Shown in pieces: positions 1 to 12,814 of a stretch of 57,221 nt of DNA; position 1 is the first letter of the stretch; every line of letters starts with the position of its first letter. Source of the stretch: Vicugna vicugna (taxonomy: Eukaryota); the NCBI GenBank assembly GCA_013265495.1, contig MU058720.1, positions 1 through 57,221 on the forward strand, in the 5' to 3' direction. A model generated the notes under the pieces. It saw only the letters and a list, made by a program, of their open reading frames with translations. It ran no database searches and was not told the origin of the DNA. Position numbers and translations under genes: made by a program.

Positions 1-1185
1 ATGTATCAGTGCATGGAGACAGCATAAAATTGCTCAGAATTACTTGGAAATGAAACAAAAATATGACATTCTGAGAGTTAAACTTTAAATCATCACATAG
101 TGAGTCAGAAAAAGAGTTTGGAACATTTTAAATGACCAGATACAATGTTCTGATTTTAACTGGAAAATAATATAAACAATTTTTAAAAATACAGAAAAAA
201 ATCAAAAGTAGGAGTGTGTACTCTACCTAGGAGAAAAGAAAAGGAAGTTAAATAAAGGAATTTATGACAGTGTCCACCCCTGCTTGTTCAGAGTATTTTA
301 AAATGTAGCCCCATTGTTAAGGTCATTCCAAATGTGTCGGTCAAAAGGGGCCACCCTTATTCTGGTGCCACTAAACGTTTAATACATCACATAAAACCTT
401 TCATCCTTTTTATCTGCTCATCCAACAGCTTTACGGCTCTGATTTGTGTTTGTTATCCTGCGTATAGGAGAGGAATGCACTAGTTTGTGCATACTAAATG
501 CATGCTATTCCTGTAGATGTATTTGCATTTTAAAGTGCAAATAATATTCTGAATGATACATCAGTCCTCTGAGTTGGGTAATGGTTATTTGGCCCTGCAG
601 GGTGGAGCTGCTTTCAAGGAACTAAGGAAATTTTATTTTTAAACCTGTAAGACAGAATGACAATGATTTCATTTGAGAGAAGAAATCTCTTTTTCAATTT
701 GAAGGGAAGGAGTAATAGAAAGGCAGTGTTCTCAACAATTAGCTAAGAATCACATAAAAATAAGAAATATTTCTTAGGAAATATCAGTTATCAGCACCAT
801 CTCAAAAAAGCACTTGGGATGCAACTATCTGTTTACCAGTTTCTTCCAGTCACTTAAGTTAACTAACAGTTCTCAAAGGATTCAGACTTTATAGCCTAAC
901 AGAATTTGTCATAAAAAATATACACAAACAACCAAATATGAGTATTGAAACTAGCTTGACAGTAATGTTTCTCAGGGTGAAATCGTAGTCATTCTGTTCT
1001 ATAACCAAGTCTCTTGTGAGTTTTATTTTATCAAATCATCCCTGAGGGAGCTGACTTGATCCGTGTTTTTCCTAGTCCTAAAAAGCTGAAACCCAGATCT
1101 TCTTGGACCCAGTAAGGCATAGATTCCCAGACAGAATCAATGCAGCTACTTCAGTTCATGTGACTCTGATGCCAGTGACTTTCAA

Positions 1186-1390
1186 GTAGTTCTTAAGAGC
1201 CCGGACTTTGTAAATCAGACCAACCTGGGTTTGACTTTGCATCTTGTCACTTCCCCCCTGTGTGATATTGGGGATGTCTTAGTATGTAAAAGGGGGATGT
1301 GAATGTCTGTATATCAGGGTTGTGATACAGGTGAGATAAAATGGTATGAACCTGGCTTGTGAACCACACATAGGAGCTATTATTATTATG
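1186..1390 (+). mobile_element. MIR SINE, degenerate
   Basis: Resembles the MIR consensus: 'ttaagagcccggactttg..cagaccaacctgggttt..ctgtgtgatattggg..gtaaaaggggga..agggttgtg', ending 'agctattattatt'. Confidence 0.7.
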
Positions 1391-1849
1391 GCCACTAGAA
1401 CTCTGATAAACACAATTTAAGCCTGTCTTTTATTCCCAGAAGTTACCGCAGAATCTTGTAGAGTCTTGAGTTAGCACTGCAGATACTAATCATTACTTTA
1501 CTACAGATGAGTAGATGAGCTGCATGGAGAGCTACAGTCATAAATACTAGGAAAAGCAGCTTTTACAAGATAGATTTCCATGCCTTTATAAATCCTAGAC
1601 TGGTGAGATAATTGTTACTAACATATTTTAATCACCAGATAATGGACAGATACTAAAATTAAACACATAGTTCAAAAATATTTCAACTTGAAAGTAGGTC
1701 TAAGATCTGAGTCAGGAAAATTCCTTAAAATGATAGCAGACATATTTGAGCCATTTTGATTGCAAAGAGTTAGATTTTAGTAGGAGATTTCTAAGAAGAT
1801 ATTTTCTTACTGAAAGAATATGTTGTTATTAGATACTAAATAACGTCTA

Positions 1850-2450
1850 GATATGGGTGCAGAGATGAATATGAGAAAAAGTATCTATTTTTAAGGAGCT
1901 TACATTGAAGTACATTTAATCTGTAACATTGGTTATTTCCTTGAATTACTATGGATAAGTTATGCATAATTACTCGTATAAAATTAAATGGGGAAAACTG
2001 ACTTTAAACAAGTAGAGATTTAATTACAAGGGCAGTGATGTATTTATCTATGTACTTATGTTTCTATTCTAACCTATTATAATAATGCAAGAAAATCACA
2101 TAAATAACTCTGCTAAAATGATTTACTAGCGGTGGAAATGAATTGCACAGGCAGTGTGTTCATGATGAAGGAGGGCAAAGAAGATTCCATGCAAGGTAAA
2201 ATGCTCGGCCTAGAGAACGCATGGCCTATTTGATACAAAATAACAGTGCGTAACCTGAATCTGGGGAGATGGGTAGGGTTGATCATAAGGTGCTATAATG
2301 AAGAATAGGCTCAGTGAGACAAGACTTGCTATGGGAAGGCAAGGTCATGGTCTAGGCAGGCTTCTGATGATGGCCTCATTCAATGTGTTAAAGAACTTAT
2401 ATGAATGAATTTGAGAATACAGAAAGGGGACAGATTTGAGGAATAAAATA
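1850..2450 (-). mobile_element. L2 LINE remnant, very degenerate
   Basis: 'aaggagcttacattg' and the purine-rich downstream segments resemble the antisense L2 3' region. Confidence 0.35.
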
Positions 2451-2699
2451 TTTTTGGTTGGTAACCTTGTTTATTAACGCTTCTGACTTACAGATGAGAT
2501 ATTTAAACCCAACTATCACTCACTTAATTTGAAAAAAAAAAAAAATCAAAGACATTTATTTATTGATCTCTTGGAAAACATCAAGTCTTTAGAGCACATG
2601 GTTGAGTTGGTATATTTGAAAATACTGAAGAAAAAAAAAGGAAAAGAGAATCCTGAAAATGTAGGAAAGAGTGTAACACCAAAAATCATCCTTTGCAAG

Positions 2700-2930
2700 A
2701 ACCAGAGGAAGAGCACATAGAAGCATTTGGCATCTTTAGTAGAATTCAAGAAGACAGTGGCTCTATGTAACAGGCTAGGAATCATTCTAAGAGGACAGTC
2801 ATGGGAGAAACTGGAGGATGGATGAAGGCATATCAGTTGCATGTCCCTCTAAGACTAAAGTTGACAGTGGGAAAAAATGTAAATGGAAATTGATGGTGCC
2901 AAACACTGAATTGGAAATATGTCTCAGTGA
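2700..2930 (+). mobile_element. CR1/L3 LINE remnant
   Basis: 'gaagcatttggcatctttagtagaattcaagaagacagtgg..gaggacagtcatgggagaa' loosely matches the L3 motif 'aaggaactggggatgtttagcctggagaagagaagact..gaagggctgtcatgtggaag'. Confidence 0.35.
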
Positions 2931-3885
2931 CTTACAGATTTGATGAAAAATCTATATTTGTTTATTAAATTTTAAGTATGACTGGAAGTGCAATAAACCA
3001 CATTGTCCCTATATTCTTGCAAAGAGAGAAATCCCCGTATGACCTTCACAACCAGCCTCCGACTAAAGTAGAGCTTTATTCTGGTAATCAGCACCATCTT
3101 ACTTTTCCTATTGTAAGAAAGACAAAAGTCTCTTCAGTTATCCAATATTTTAACAGTCCATATATAGTGAATTGATTATATGTCTTATAAATGCCAACCT
3201 ATGTCTTGAACTGGACTTAATCCTCAAACCTACCAGACAGGCTATCACAGATTTTGAATGCTCGCAAATACTAGTAAATGACATTTTATAGAACTTATCA
3301 AGTCTTTTACTATGAGGGAGGAAAATGGGTCCAGAGTAGTTCTCTAAAAATGAGTGCTCTGGTTCACTCACTCACAGTAAACCCTAAATGACCACGGTCC
3401 AAATGTCATCTGAGAAAAGTTAAGTCTGCCTGTAATGACACAGCTATATCGAACTGTCTGAATCTACCTTTAAAGTGATTGACCACTAAGGAGATCAATG
3501 AGTTTAGTCAAAAACTAAGTGTTTAAAACACATACCCACACATACAATATACATTGCTTTGGGTATACACATGGCAACTAAATGTGTTTAGAGAAAAGTC
3601 TCAGAACTGATCACAAGATTATCTGAACTGAAAATCGCCAGCAGTCCATGAATTATTAGAAGTCACAAGCAAAGTTAAGATCTTTTTAAAGTAATTCATA
3701 GTATCTTTGAAATAAAAATCTGCTACTGAAATTCAGATGAATAATCATCCATGGCTTTGACTCCCATGGTGTTCAGCAGAGTGTCATGACAGCCATAAAA
3801 TCTCCTAGTTACATGTGAGACCAGTCTCTCCATTTTGTTATTTCAGGACTTGAATGCTCCAAACCACTTGGAAGATAGATGATCT

Positions 3886-3925
3886 GAAAAAAAGAGAGAG
3901 AGAGAGAAAAAGAGACAGACAGAGA
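3886..3925 (+). repeat. (GA)n / A-rich microsatellite
   Basis: aaaaaaagagagagagagagaaaaagagacagacagaga seen directly. Confidence 0.85.
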
Positions 3926-4359
3926 ATATAGCAACATGAGCACATCTTCTAACATACGTAGTGAAGAAGAGCGTATGAAGGGCATTTCAAATCCCCATGC
4001 CACCATTTCTCCACCACCATACCTTCTTCCTTTGAGCAACTAACTTTGATCAATTTGGACTTTCAGGTCCTATGATGCTTCCTTCCATGTTGCTAAATAT
4101 TTTGAAATCTTAGACATTAACTATTTTCTTCCTAATTCAAAAAAAGTTAACTTTTACTACTTTGTTCTTCAGCCATCTCTCTTTCATCACAATTCTAATA
4201 GTTATTCTTTTGAGCCATTCTTTAGACTATAATTTTCTTGTGAAACAATATTCTTAAAGTACCCACTTTTCACAGGAACAAGGCAGCAGCCTTGAGCTGA
4301 CTGTCTACTCCCTCACCTAAACCGTGGGAATAAAAACAAGTCCCCAGCAATTTATTCCA

Positions 4360-4915
4360 TAAGTAAGATGGAAGCAGGGATTTCCAGAAAATTCCCAATT
4401 AAGATGTAAGTGACCAGAAAGAGGGGGCCCTCCAAACCTCTGAGACTTCTGCCAGTAGCTGTGGTGGTGTGGCAGGTACCGCGAGGGGTCTGGCAGGGCT
4501 CAAGTATTCCTAGAGAACGCAGCGCGGCTAGGACTCCCACCCCCTCAGGTTGGGAGCCCCCCACCCCGTCCCCAGAAGCTGATTTAATCAGCTCTGAGGC
4601 CAGCAAGTAGCAAAGGAGCTCCTGAAAATGGCTAAAGGGAAGAAGTGTGATAAGGTGTAGAAAAACACGTGAGAACATTATGTTAAAGAAACTGAATGTC
4701 ATGTGAGCAACAGAAGTTCCTGATCTGTTTAAACTTCTCCCCTTCTCCAGAGGGTCCGGGAAAGTCCCAAACATGTCAATTGAATTATTTAAATATGAAT
4801 ACAGATTTAAAACACATCCATGATCATAGAAGGATAATTTTTAAAGATTAAAAATAAATTTGGAGAGTTTCAGGAAGAAGAAGAAAAAAATCACCAGAAA
4901 AGAACCGAAACAAAG
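4360..4915 (+). mobile_element. Ancient L1 5'UTR/ORF1 remnant (left part)
   Basis: GC-rich 5'UTR-like segment after 'aagatgg', then ORF1-like 'LKINLESFRKKKKKITRK' (cf. L1 ORF1 'KDKEKILKAAREKKQITYKG'). Confidence 0.45.
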
Positions 4916-5259
4916 CAGAGAAAACTAACAACATACCATAAGTTTAATTTAAATATGTATGTGTTGAAACTGTGAAAGAATAACAGGAAAGTAAAACAAA
5001 GGAATTCAGAGAAGATCTCAGACACCCAGAATGTCCATTTTTTAACATACTCTTTGTTTATGTGACAAAGGTATTTTCAGTAAATAGTAATAAAAATAAT
5101 GCTCAGAAAAGAAATTCAAGCAGAATTTTTTGAAGTTCACATGATCATGCTAGTAAAAAATAAAAATATAAGATATTAAAAGTAATGAATTAGTTCTAAA
5201 ACACAGTAATGAATTTATCTTGATTAAAAAGTAAAAAACATATATTTTGATCTGTCACA

Positions 5260-6333
5260 GCATCGTGACATAATTCCTGTTCTCAGGACTTCACTTCTGT
5301 AAATTTTTCAATGATCTTCACATATTCATGTTTATTAGAAAATATAGTTTACATTTACCCATCTTCACTCATAGTTGATCAAAGAACAGTTTGAAATAAT
5401 TTTTACTATTGAACTTTTAATGTAAAGCAACGGATATGCCAGTAAATAGGAAAATAATATATAAATGAGTTTGGTAGAAATCGCTTAAATTTCCATTTCA
5501 TAATAAATTTTAGAAATTGCTAGCATAGTCATGTCTTGGTCTCAGTTGCTGTCTTTGCTTCTTCCAGATTGATTCTCTTGGTTTTTATATATCCCCATAG
5601 TCCAACATGTTCTACTGCAATATCTCAAAGATAAAAAAAATTTTTTTTGAAATTGTTCCTTCTCTTGGAAAAAAAAAGGCCAGAGGAGATGACTAAATGA
5701 TAGTAAATGTTGAGATCACTTGATCTGTTGCTTTAAAATGAATATCTAGTTCTGGAAATTTAAGACAAGCTTCTTTCCTTGATTCTCTGGTATCCTTATT
5801 GGAAATTTGACTCTTACTTTGTATATGTAAGTGTCACTTTCTGTGATGTTGTTATTGTTATTGAAAAATTAATGGTCTTCTACACAATTTCTGCTTTTCA
5901 GTCTTCAAGGAGCAACTTTAAAACTTGACATTTTACTTTAGAAGACTCATTTGGCTCCTTGCAAATGTTATAAAACTCTATCCCAGGAGAAGATAGTAAC
6001 TCAGAAAAGCAAAACGACATATAGCAAATAGAAAAAATCTGAGCAGATTCTTTTGTATCCATATATTCTTCTGGGTAATGCAGGACTTCAAAGGTTGAGA
6101 TGAACTTCCCCAGATTTCTCTTTACTGCATTCACAGCTTGACAGTGAGCAACACATCAGCTTTTATGGGAAGTCTTTTTCCTTTGACACCAGTCATCCAC
6201 AACACGCTCACACTGCCAAACAGAACTGGAGTATTTCATGTTGTGCATCTCTGGCTTCATGATCGCTGCACTCATTGCTCATCTCGGTCTGTTGTTTACA
6301 GAGAAGGATACGTGGTACCACCAAGATTAGGGA
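5260..6333 (-). mobile_element. hAT-Tip100 (Zaphod-like) DNA transposon, decayed transposase fragment
   Basis: Minus-strand translation with stops/frameshifts gives 'TGVKGKRLP..AHCQAVNAVKRNLGKFISTFEVLHYPEEYMDTKESAQ'. Toward 5270-5510 it gives 'QFLKFIMKWKF..FLPN..FLFTGISVA..STMSEDG*M*TIFSNKHEYVKIIEKFTEVKS', matching the hAT C-terminal dimerization domain pattern (SVASCERSFSKLKLIK..LRSTMSEDRL..LAILSIEHE..IDKFAEVK). Confidence 0.8.
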
Positions 6334-6334
6334 C

Positions 6335-6660
6335 ACAAACTGAATCAGAAGACAGTGGAATGATTTTGAAATATTACAGGGTTACTCTTGGAAGGATCAC
6401 ATGTAGCTGAGCCTGCATATTTCCAGGCTACTTGTATAACAAAGTAACTTCCAAGTATAAAATATTTACTAAAGATAAGTAATATATTTGCTACTATGAA
6501 GCATATTTATCTGTGTGCAGTGAAAACAACACAGTAATTGTCTAGAAAGTTAGAAAAAGAAAAGATACGGGATAATTAAATTCTTGCTAACAATACTGAA
6601 ATTGTTGGCACCGCATGATAATAAAAGGTAGACCAAGTGTTAGTAATGTAAATGTTATTA
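6335..6660 (+). mobile_element. Ancient L1 ORF1 remnant (right part)
   Basis: 'aatcagaagacagtggaatgattttgaaatatta' resembles L1 ORF1 'ARRQWNDIFKVL'; 'gtaacttccaagtataaa' resembles the 'KLSFK' region. Confidence 0.45.
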
Positions 6661-6949
6661 TTGACTTAAAATCCTCAAAAGAGCATCCCTTTATTGCCTA
6701 CACCCAGATTTGACTACTTCTACCACACTGCCCTTAGAATTTAAATGAGTGGAATAAATTCTAGGACATAAAAGAACATAGAGAAATTTTAAACGTCACT
6801 TGGTACTTTTGCTGTTTGTAATGATGTCAGCATTTTTATTTTAAAACTTTTTATGAGGGAGAATAAAGCAATTATCTTAATTATGTTATGAATAAGTAGA
6901 TTCAAAGTAAAAGAGATGCAATTATAAAATCAAGTAGATTAAGTGAAAA

Positions 6950-7880
6950 TACCATAATGTTAAAATTAAACTGAAAACATTATGAAATATGGATCTCTGT
7001 GTACTAAACATATACTCTTATAGGAATGTCTGCTCAGTGACATAAACACTGCTAGCCATACCATACTTAAGTCTTTATGAGAGTTGTCCTCTAAATGGAA
7101 GCTGGACTTCTTAGAAATGCCTGATTTGATTCCAGATCCTGATACAAGCCTGAATAGCAGAAAGAGGGAAGCATTAAAATGTAATATGATCATGAAAAAA
7201 GTCACAGGTATCGGCTTGAATTCACGCCTACTAACCAAAATTATGACAATGTCAACAATGGAAAAGAAATAATAATTTCAATAATTTCAACCCATGTAAC
7301 TAATGAAAATAAAGGAGTACGAAGTATATTTATCTAAGAAAGAAAGCCAGAAGAAGATTCTTTGTAAGCACTGGGGGGACTCAACTGAACCCATTACTTT
7401 TTAAAATTTGAAAGACAAACACATACTGAGCTTTTTCTGACAGAAGAAAGTCATCCAAGTTTACTCTAAAATAATCAATTCAAATAGAACATTACTTTTT
7501 TTTGCCACCAGTTGGTTGTACTTATTTAGGCAAAGGTTACCAAGTAGTGTTAAGAGCATTAGATAGATGGTTAAAAGAGACATTCATATGATACCAAAAT
7601 AATACTATATAAATTGTAGACATTCTTTTTAGTCATAAATTACAAAATAAAACTAATGAAGGGATTAGAATGTCATAATTACAATACAATGACCTGTTTC
7701 AGCATCATTAACTAATGGTCAGCCAAACAATCGTGTCTCATGCCATGATGCAGCTTGAACTATAAAACAGCCCTAATTGCACACTAAGACTCATGAGATA
7801 TTTGAGCCACATTTAATATATGGACACATCAAACTTTTACAATTTCTAGTATACATGAGAAGAAGGAAATACAGATAAAG
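6950..7880 (+). mobile_element. L1MC-type 3' UTR remnant
   Basis: 'gattccagatc..gatacaagcctg..cagaaagagggaagc..ggcttgaa..ccaaaattatgacaat' and 'catcattaactaatggtcagccaaacaatcgtgtctc..atgatgcag' resemble the L1MC3/4 3' end. Confidence 0.55.
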
Positions 7881-8194
7881 CTATATCCCACCATAATATT
7901 TTCTTTGGTAACATTCATCACACCCTAATGTTATCTCTCTCCAGTTTTCTCCAGTAGATGACTCAGTTCATAAAAAGCAGTTAAGTGTTTATTTTACTCA
8001 GTTTCTGACCTCCAGAAATCACAAGTCTAGCTTATTGTAAATTCTCAACACTTAGCAATGACATGGATAAAATCCTTAACTTATATACATGCTTTCCATG
8101 TTTGAGAGAGAAATGTGCAAAACAAGTATTCTCATAAAGGAAATTCTTTATAGGAGTAACCCTTTACAAGGGATGGATGATACCAAGTTCAAGT

Positions 8195-8360
8195 ACAAAA
8201 AGCATAATCTTAATTTGAATATTGTAACGTCTGCTTATTAATTTTGTCTGTAGGCAAATCACTCATCATACTCATTGGTGAACAGAGAATAACAATACTT
8301 TATTTCAGAAGATTTTGAGAACATCACAGGCCAAATACAATGTCTAGCTTACCTATCAGG
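8195..8360 (+). mobile_element. MIR remnant
   Basis: 'tttgaat..ggcaaatcactca..gagaataacaatactt..gaagattttgaga' resembles the MIR core. Confidence 0.35.
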
Positions 8361-9015
8361 CACATTCTAACTCTTATTCACTCAACCATACCTGCAAATC
8401 TCTAGAATTTTGAAGCAAGTTCTCTCAGAATTTACAACAATTCTAAACAAAAATGTGGATTATCCACAAGCTATCTCCATCTGTGTATGATCTCAATTTA
8501 ATCTACTATTACAACCAGTGATACATTTTATCTTTGGTCAACATTCTAGTTAAAATTATCATCAAGTTATGATGATAAGAGTAAGTCACTTGAAAAAGTG
8601 CAGCCTAACGATAATCAGAAAAATATGCACACAGATCTAAATACTTATAGTTAGAATTTAAAAGATACAAACTAAGCATTCATTTCAGAAAAATATAAAA
8701 ATTAACAAATAAATGGAAACAACGATATGAGCAGATGAGAGAAAAATGCTGAAAGCGTTAAAATAAAGAAATAACTTTTGGAAGCAAAAACATAAGTTCT
8801 GTGGAAAACAGAATCAACAAAACACAAGCACATCACTTGAGCCAATCAAAGGAAGAGCAGAGCTGGCAACATTTGCAAATCATATAATTCATCTATGAAG
8901 AAAAATAGAATCAAGAAAAGCACTTTATAACTAACAATATAGTTTACACATGTTGAAAAATCACTTGATATTTTTAATATCAGTAATAAACAGCTAGAAA
9001 TTTGCATTTAACAGA

Positions 9016-9732
9016 ACCTGAGGGATGTCTGCAAGTTGGTGGAATAAGATGTCTCCACGCCTTAAACCCCTACAAAAGCAATGGCTTGGCAGTCATTCGT
9101 GGACAAAGACTCCAGGGTACTTCACAACTGAGAGATAAAGACTGAAAACCAGACAAAAAACTGAGAGATTTCCTGGCCACTGAACCTGCCTTATAAGAAG
9201 TGCTAAAAGGAGTTCTTCAAGTTGAAACAAAAAGACAGTATACAGAAGCATGGAAGCTTATCAAAAGTATAAATCCACTGCTAATGTAAATACAGTATAA
9301 AGACAGAATATTATCATTCATGATAGTGGCTTAAAATCACTTTTAACACTAGCAAATAAGTTAAAAGACAGAAGCAATAATAATAACTATAACCACAGAA
9401 TTTGTTGATGGAAACAAAATATAGAAGTAAAATCTGTCATCAGTTACATAAAATATGTACAGGGAGGTGCAAAGTATAGAGTCTGCGTATTACCAAAGTT
9501 ATCAGTTTAAAAGAGGTTGCAATAACTATGAAGTGTTCAATGTAAATCTCTGGTAACTACAAAAACAAATAAATACATACACAAGAAAAGAGAGAAATCA
9601 AAACTCATACCTACAAAATAAATCAAACCACAAACAGCAGTTAGAGAACTACAAAACAAACACGTAACAATGAACATCATAGCAATAGTAAGTCCTTACC
9701 TATCAAAAATTAATTTAAATGTAAATGGACTT
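9016..9732 (+). mobile_element. L1 fragment: 5' start, ORF1 end, inter-ORF spacer, ORF2 start
   Basis: 'aaactgagagatttc..cctgccttataagaagtgctaaaaggagttcttc' (ORF1 C-terminus) and 'agcaatagtaagtccttacctatcaaaaattaatttaaatgtaaatggact' (ORF2 N-terminal LNVNGL motif). Confidence 0.8.
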
Positions 9733-9769
9733 GAGAAGGGAGAAATAGGAATATGGTAATACTACCAAG

Positions 9770-10805
9770 AGTTTTTTATCATGAATTGGTGTTGAATTTT
9801 ATCAAATGCTTTTTCTGCATTGTTTTATGCAATCATGTGAGTTTTGCTTTTCAGCATGCTAAAGATACATATATTGGATTCCATTTTTTGATTTTAAAAT
9901 ATCGAGTGAAACTTACTTCCCTGGAATTCATCCCCACTTGGCCGTAGTGTATAATTATTTTTATGTATTGCTGAATTCTATTTGATAATATTTTATTAAG
10001 AAATGTTGCTTCTATACTCATTAGGGGCATTGGTCTATAATTTTATTTTTTTGCAAGTGCTTGAGATTCTGTACGGGGAAATAATTAATTTTGGACAATA
10101 AATTGGGAGTTGTTCCTGTATCTCATTTTTCAGAAGAGATTGTGTGGAATTGGTGTTAATTCTTCTGTATGTTTGGCAGAATTCTACAGCAAAACCATGT
10201 GGACCTTCAGATTTCTTCATTGGGCATTTTAAAAGTATGAATTCAATGCCCTTAATTGTTATGTTATAAAACAATTCAAATTATCCATTTTGTACTCCAT
10301 GAGTTGTGGTAGTTGGTGTTTTTTGATGAATAGGTCTATTTCATGTAAATTTTCAAACTGATGCATTTAGAGTTGTTCATCATATTCTTTTTACTCTTCA
10401 GATGTCTACAAAATGCAGGGTAATAGCTCATGTTTCATGCCTAACATTGATATTTGTGTCATTTGTTCCCTTTTGTTAGTCTTGCCAGAGCTTTGTCAAT
10501 TGTATTGATCTTGTTCAAAGAGCGTTTTGTTGCTGTTGTTGTTGCAATAGTTTTCTCTGTTGCTTTTTTGTTTTCGGTGTTGCTGACTTCTGCTCTTACC
10601 TCCATTATTTCCTTTCCTCTACTGTGTGGAGGTCCTTTTGCTCTTCATGTCCTAAATTCTCAGTGTGGAAGCTGTTCTGTTGGGTTCTTTCGTATGTGTA
10701 CTGATTCTCTGTCTAGTTGGTCTGTCAGTTGCTGAGAGAGAAGTGTTATACAGTCTCCGGCTGTAATGGTGGGTTGGTTTATTTCTCAGTTCATTTATTT
10801 GTTGG
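9770..10805 (-). mobile_element. L1 ORF2 fragment
   Basis: Antisense L1 text 'tgttgaattttatcaaatgctttttctgcat'; ORF 10035..10274 contains 'PMKKSEGPHGFAVEFCQTY' (cf. KKSPGPDGFTAEFYQTF). Confidence 0.9.
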
Positions 10806-11102
10806 CACTTCCAACTTGTCAGCTTCCTCAGGTCCAAGTCTAAGTTATATGTGGCAAAAACAGAACCTAAGGAACTCATTATTATTGTATTTCCTGGAAC
10901 CTGTTGACCCAAGCCAATCTTCTTTTCTCCACCTTTCAGAGACTTCTTACGTTTGTCTTATATATTATGTCCATAATAGAAAAAAAGTGTCTATGTCATC
11001 TTCCTGGAAGTGGTAGTCCATCATTTTATTTTTACTTTCCAGCTCTGATGTACAACAATCCCATTAAAAAAAAAAAGAAGAACACTTCCTTGTCATTTTA
11101 AA

Positions 11103-11282
11103 GTAGCACTTCTCAACTTGGGGACAAGTTAGAATTATGTGAAAATCTTAAAGCTTTGGTAATATCTTGATAATACCTCTAAATATTCTGCTTTATAGTT
11201 TTGAGTTATTGTCTGAATATTTGGGATGTATCAAAGTTCTCCCTATAACTCAAATGGGAAAGAAAGGTGGAGGGTCATTATT
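11103..11282. mobile_element. MER5-like hAT-Charlie MITE, degenerate
   Basis: About 180 bp starting 'agcacttctcaactt..ttagaattatgtg', with MER5A-like layout. Confidence 0.4.
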
Positions 11283-11496
11283 TTAAGTAATTTGTGAAGC
11301 ATAGAAATGTTAATACCCTGACATGATCCAACCAGCTGTATCTCTCTCTTCCACGAGATTCTAGGTCAGGAGCTTGAACCCCCAGAATATCACTACTCAG
11401 TGGCCTGAGCCACTGAGAGATGGGTACATGTTGGTGTTATTGTATCATCATTTTCCCTTTTAATTAAGAGAAAAATATTTTTATAAAAATCCATAC

Positions 11497-12810
11497 TAGA
11501 AACATCAGTAAGATGGTAGCATAAGAAACTACTTACTTCCCTGCTCCATGGATACACCAGATATACAGCTACTCATAGATCAGTACCTCTGTGAGAAAGC
11601 CAGAAACTAGTTTTGTGAATCCTAAACAGAGGGAAACTGAGAAAATACTCACATCAAAATGGGTAGGAAAGGCTTAGGCCCACTCAGGCCATAAACCCCA
11701 TCCATAGGTCCGTGCCTGACAATCAGGAGGAAATCTCTAACCCTCAGCATCTCTGACACATCTAGCCCCTGACTTGGAAGACTGCCACCTAAGGGACTGG
11801 TTCCTGAATGCCTCGTCCTGAAGACCCAGTGGAGCTTGGCATTTGTGAATCCCTAAGGACCACGGAAAACAAATAGGCTCTTTTTGAACAGTGATTTTTT
11901 TTCAAAGAATTCACAAAATTTCGAACAGTTTTATGAAAGATGTTCAACATCATTAATCATCAGGGAAATGTAAATCAAAAGCAAAATGGGGAATTTCCTC
12001 ATACCTCTTAAGATGGCTATTATCAACAGGCAAGAGATAATAAATGTTGATAAGGGCATGGAACAAAGGGAATCCTGATGCACTATTAATAGGAATGTAA
12101 GTTGGTACAACCATTATGGAAAGGAGTGTAAAGGTTTCTCAAGAATTTCGAACAGTTTTATGAAAAGATGTTCAACATCATTAATCATCAGGGAACTGTA
12201 AATCAAAAGCAAAATGGGGAATTTCCTCATATCTGTTAAGATGGCTATTATCAACAGGCAAGAGATAATAAATGTTGATAAGGGCATGGAACAAAGGGAA
12301 TCCTGATGCACTATTAATAGGAATGTAAGTTGGTACAACCATTATGGAAAGGAGTGTAAAGGTTTCTCAAGAAACTGAAAATAGAATTACTATACATTCC
12401 AGCATTTTCATTTCTGGGTGTTTATCCAAAGGAAGTGAAAATGCTGCCTTGAAGATACATCTGTACCTCCATGTTCTTTGCAGCCTTATTCACAGTAGCC
12501 AAGATATAGTAACATCCTAATGTCCCTTGATGAATGAATGGATAAACAAAATGGTGTGTGTATATATATATAATGGAATATTATTCAACCTTTAAAAAAC
12601 CCAAATCCTGCCATTTCTGACAACATGGATGAACTGGAGGACGTTATGCTAAGTGAAATAAGCCAGACACAGAAAGACAAAGATCGCATAATCATACACA
12701 TGTGTGGAATATTAAAAAAATAAGTACAGTAAAGCCAAACTCATAGTAACAGAGCAGAATAGTGGTTACCAGAGGCTTGAGTACACAAGAAAAGAAGAGA
12801 TTTTAAAAAA
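11497..12810 (+). mobile_element. Internally deleted L1 (L1MA-type): 5'UTR joined to ORF2 end/3'UTR
   Basis: 5'UTR 'agtaagatggtagcataag..ccatggatacacc' (~11505-11880) is directly followed by ORF2 C-terminal sequence 'gaaagatgttcaacatcattaatcatcaggg' and 3'UTR 'gacaacatggatgaactggagg..aagtgaaataagccagacacagaaagac'. Confidence 0.8.
11917..12371 (+). repeat. Direct tandem duplication, 227/228 bp units
   Basis: 11917-12143 vs 12144-12371; 3 substitutions and one 1-bp indel by eye. Confidence 0.95.
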
Positions 12811-12814
12811 TAGA

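Noticed and set aside
4352..4774. 140-aa ORF and palindrome AGCTGATTTAATCAGCT (4577-4593)
   Set aside because: Lies in a probable L1 5'UTR relic; no homology recognised, and an 8-bp-arm palindrome can arise by chance in 57 kb.
9016..10805. Single twin-primed (5'-inverted) L1
   Set aside because: Sense 5' part followed by antisense ORF2, with no poly(A) end or TSD visible; more simply two independent fragments.
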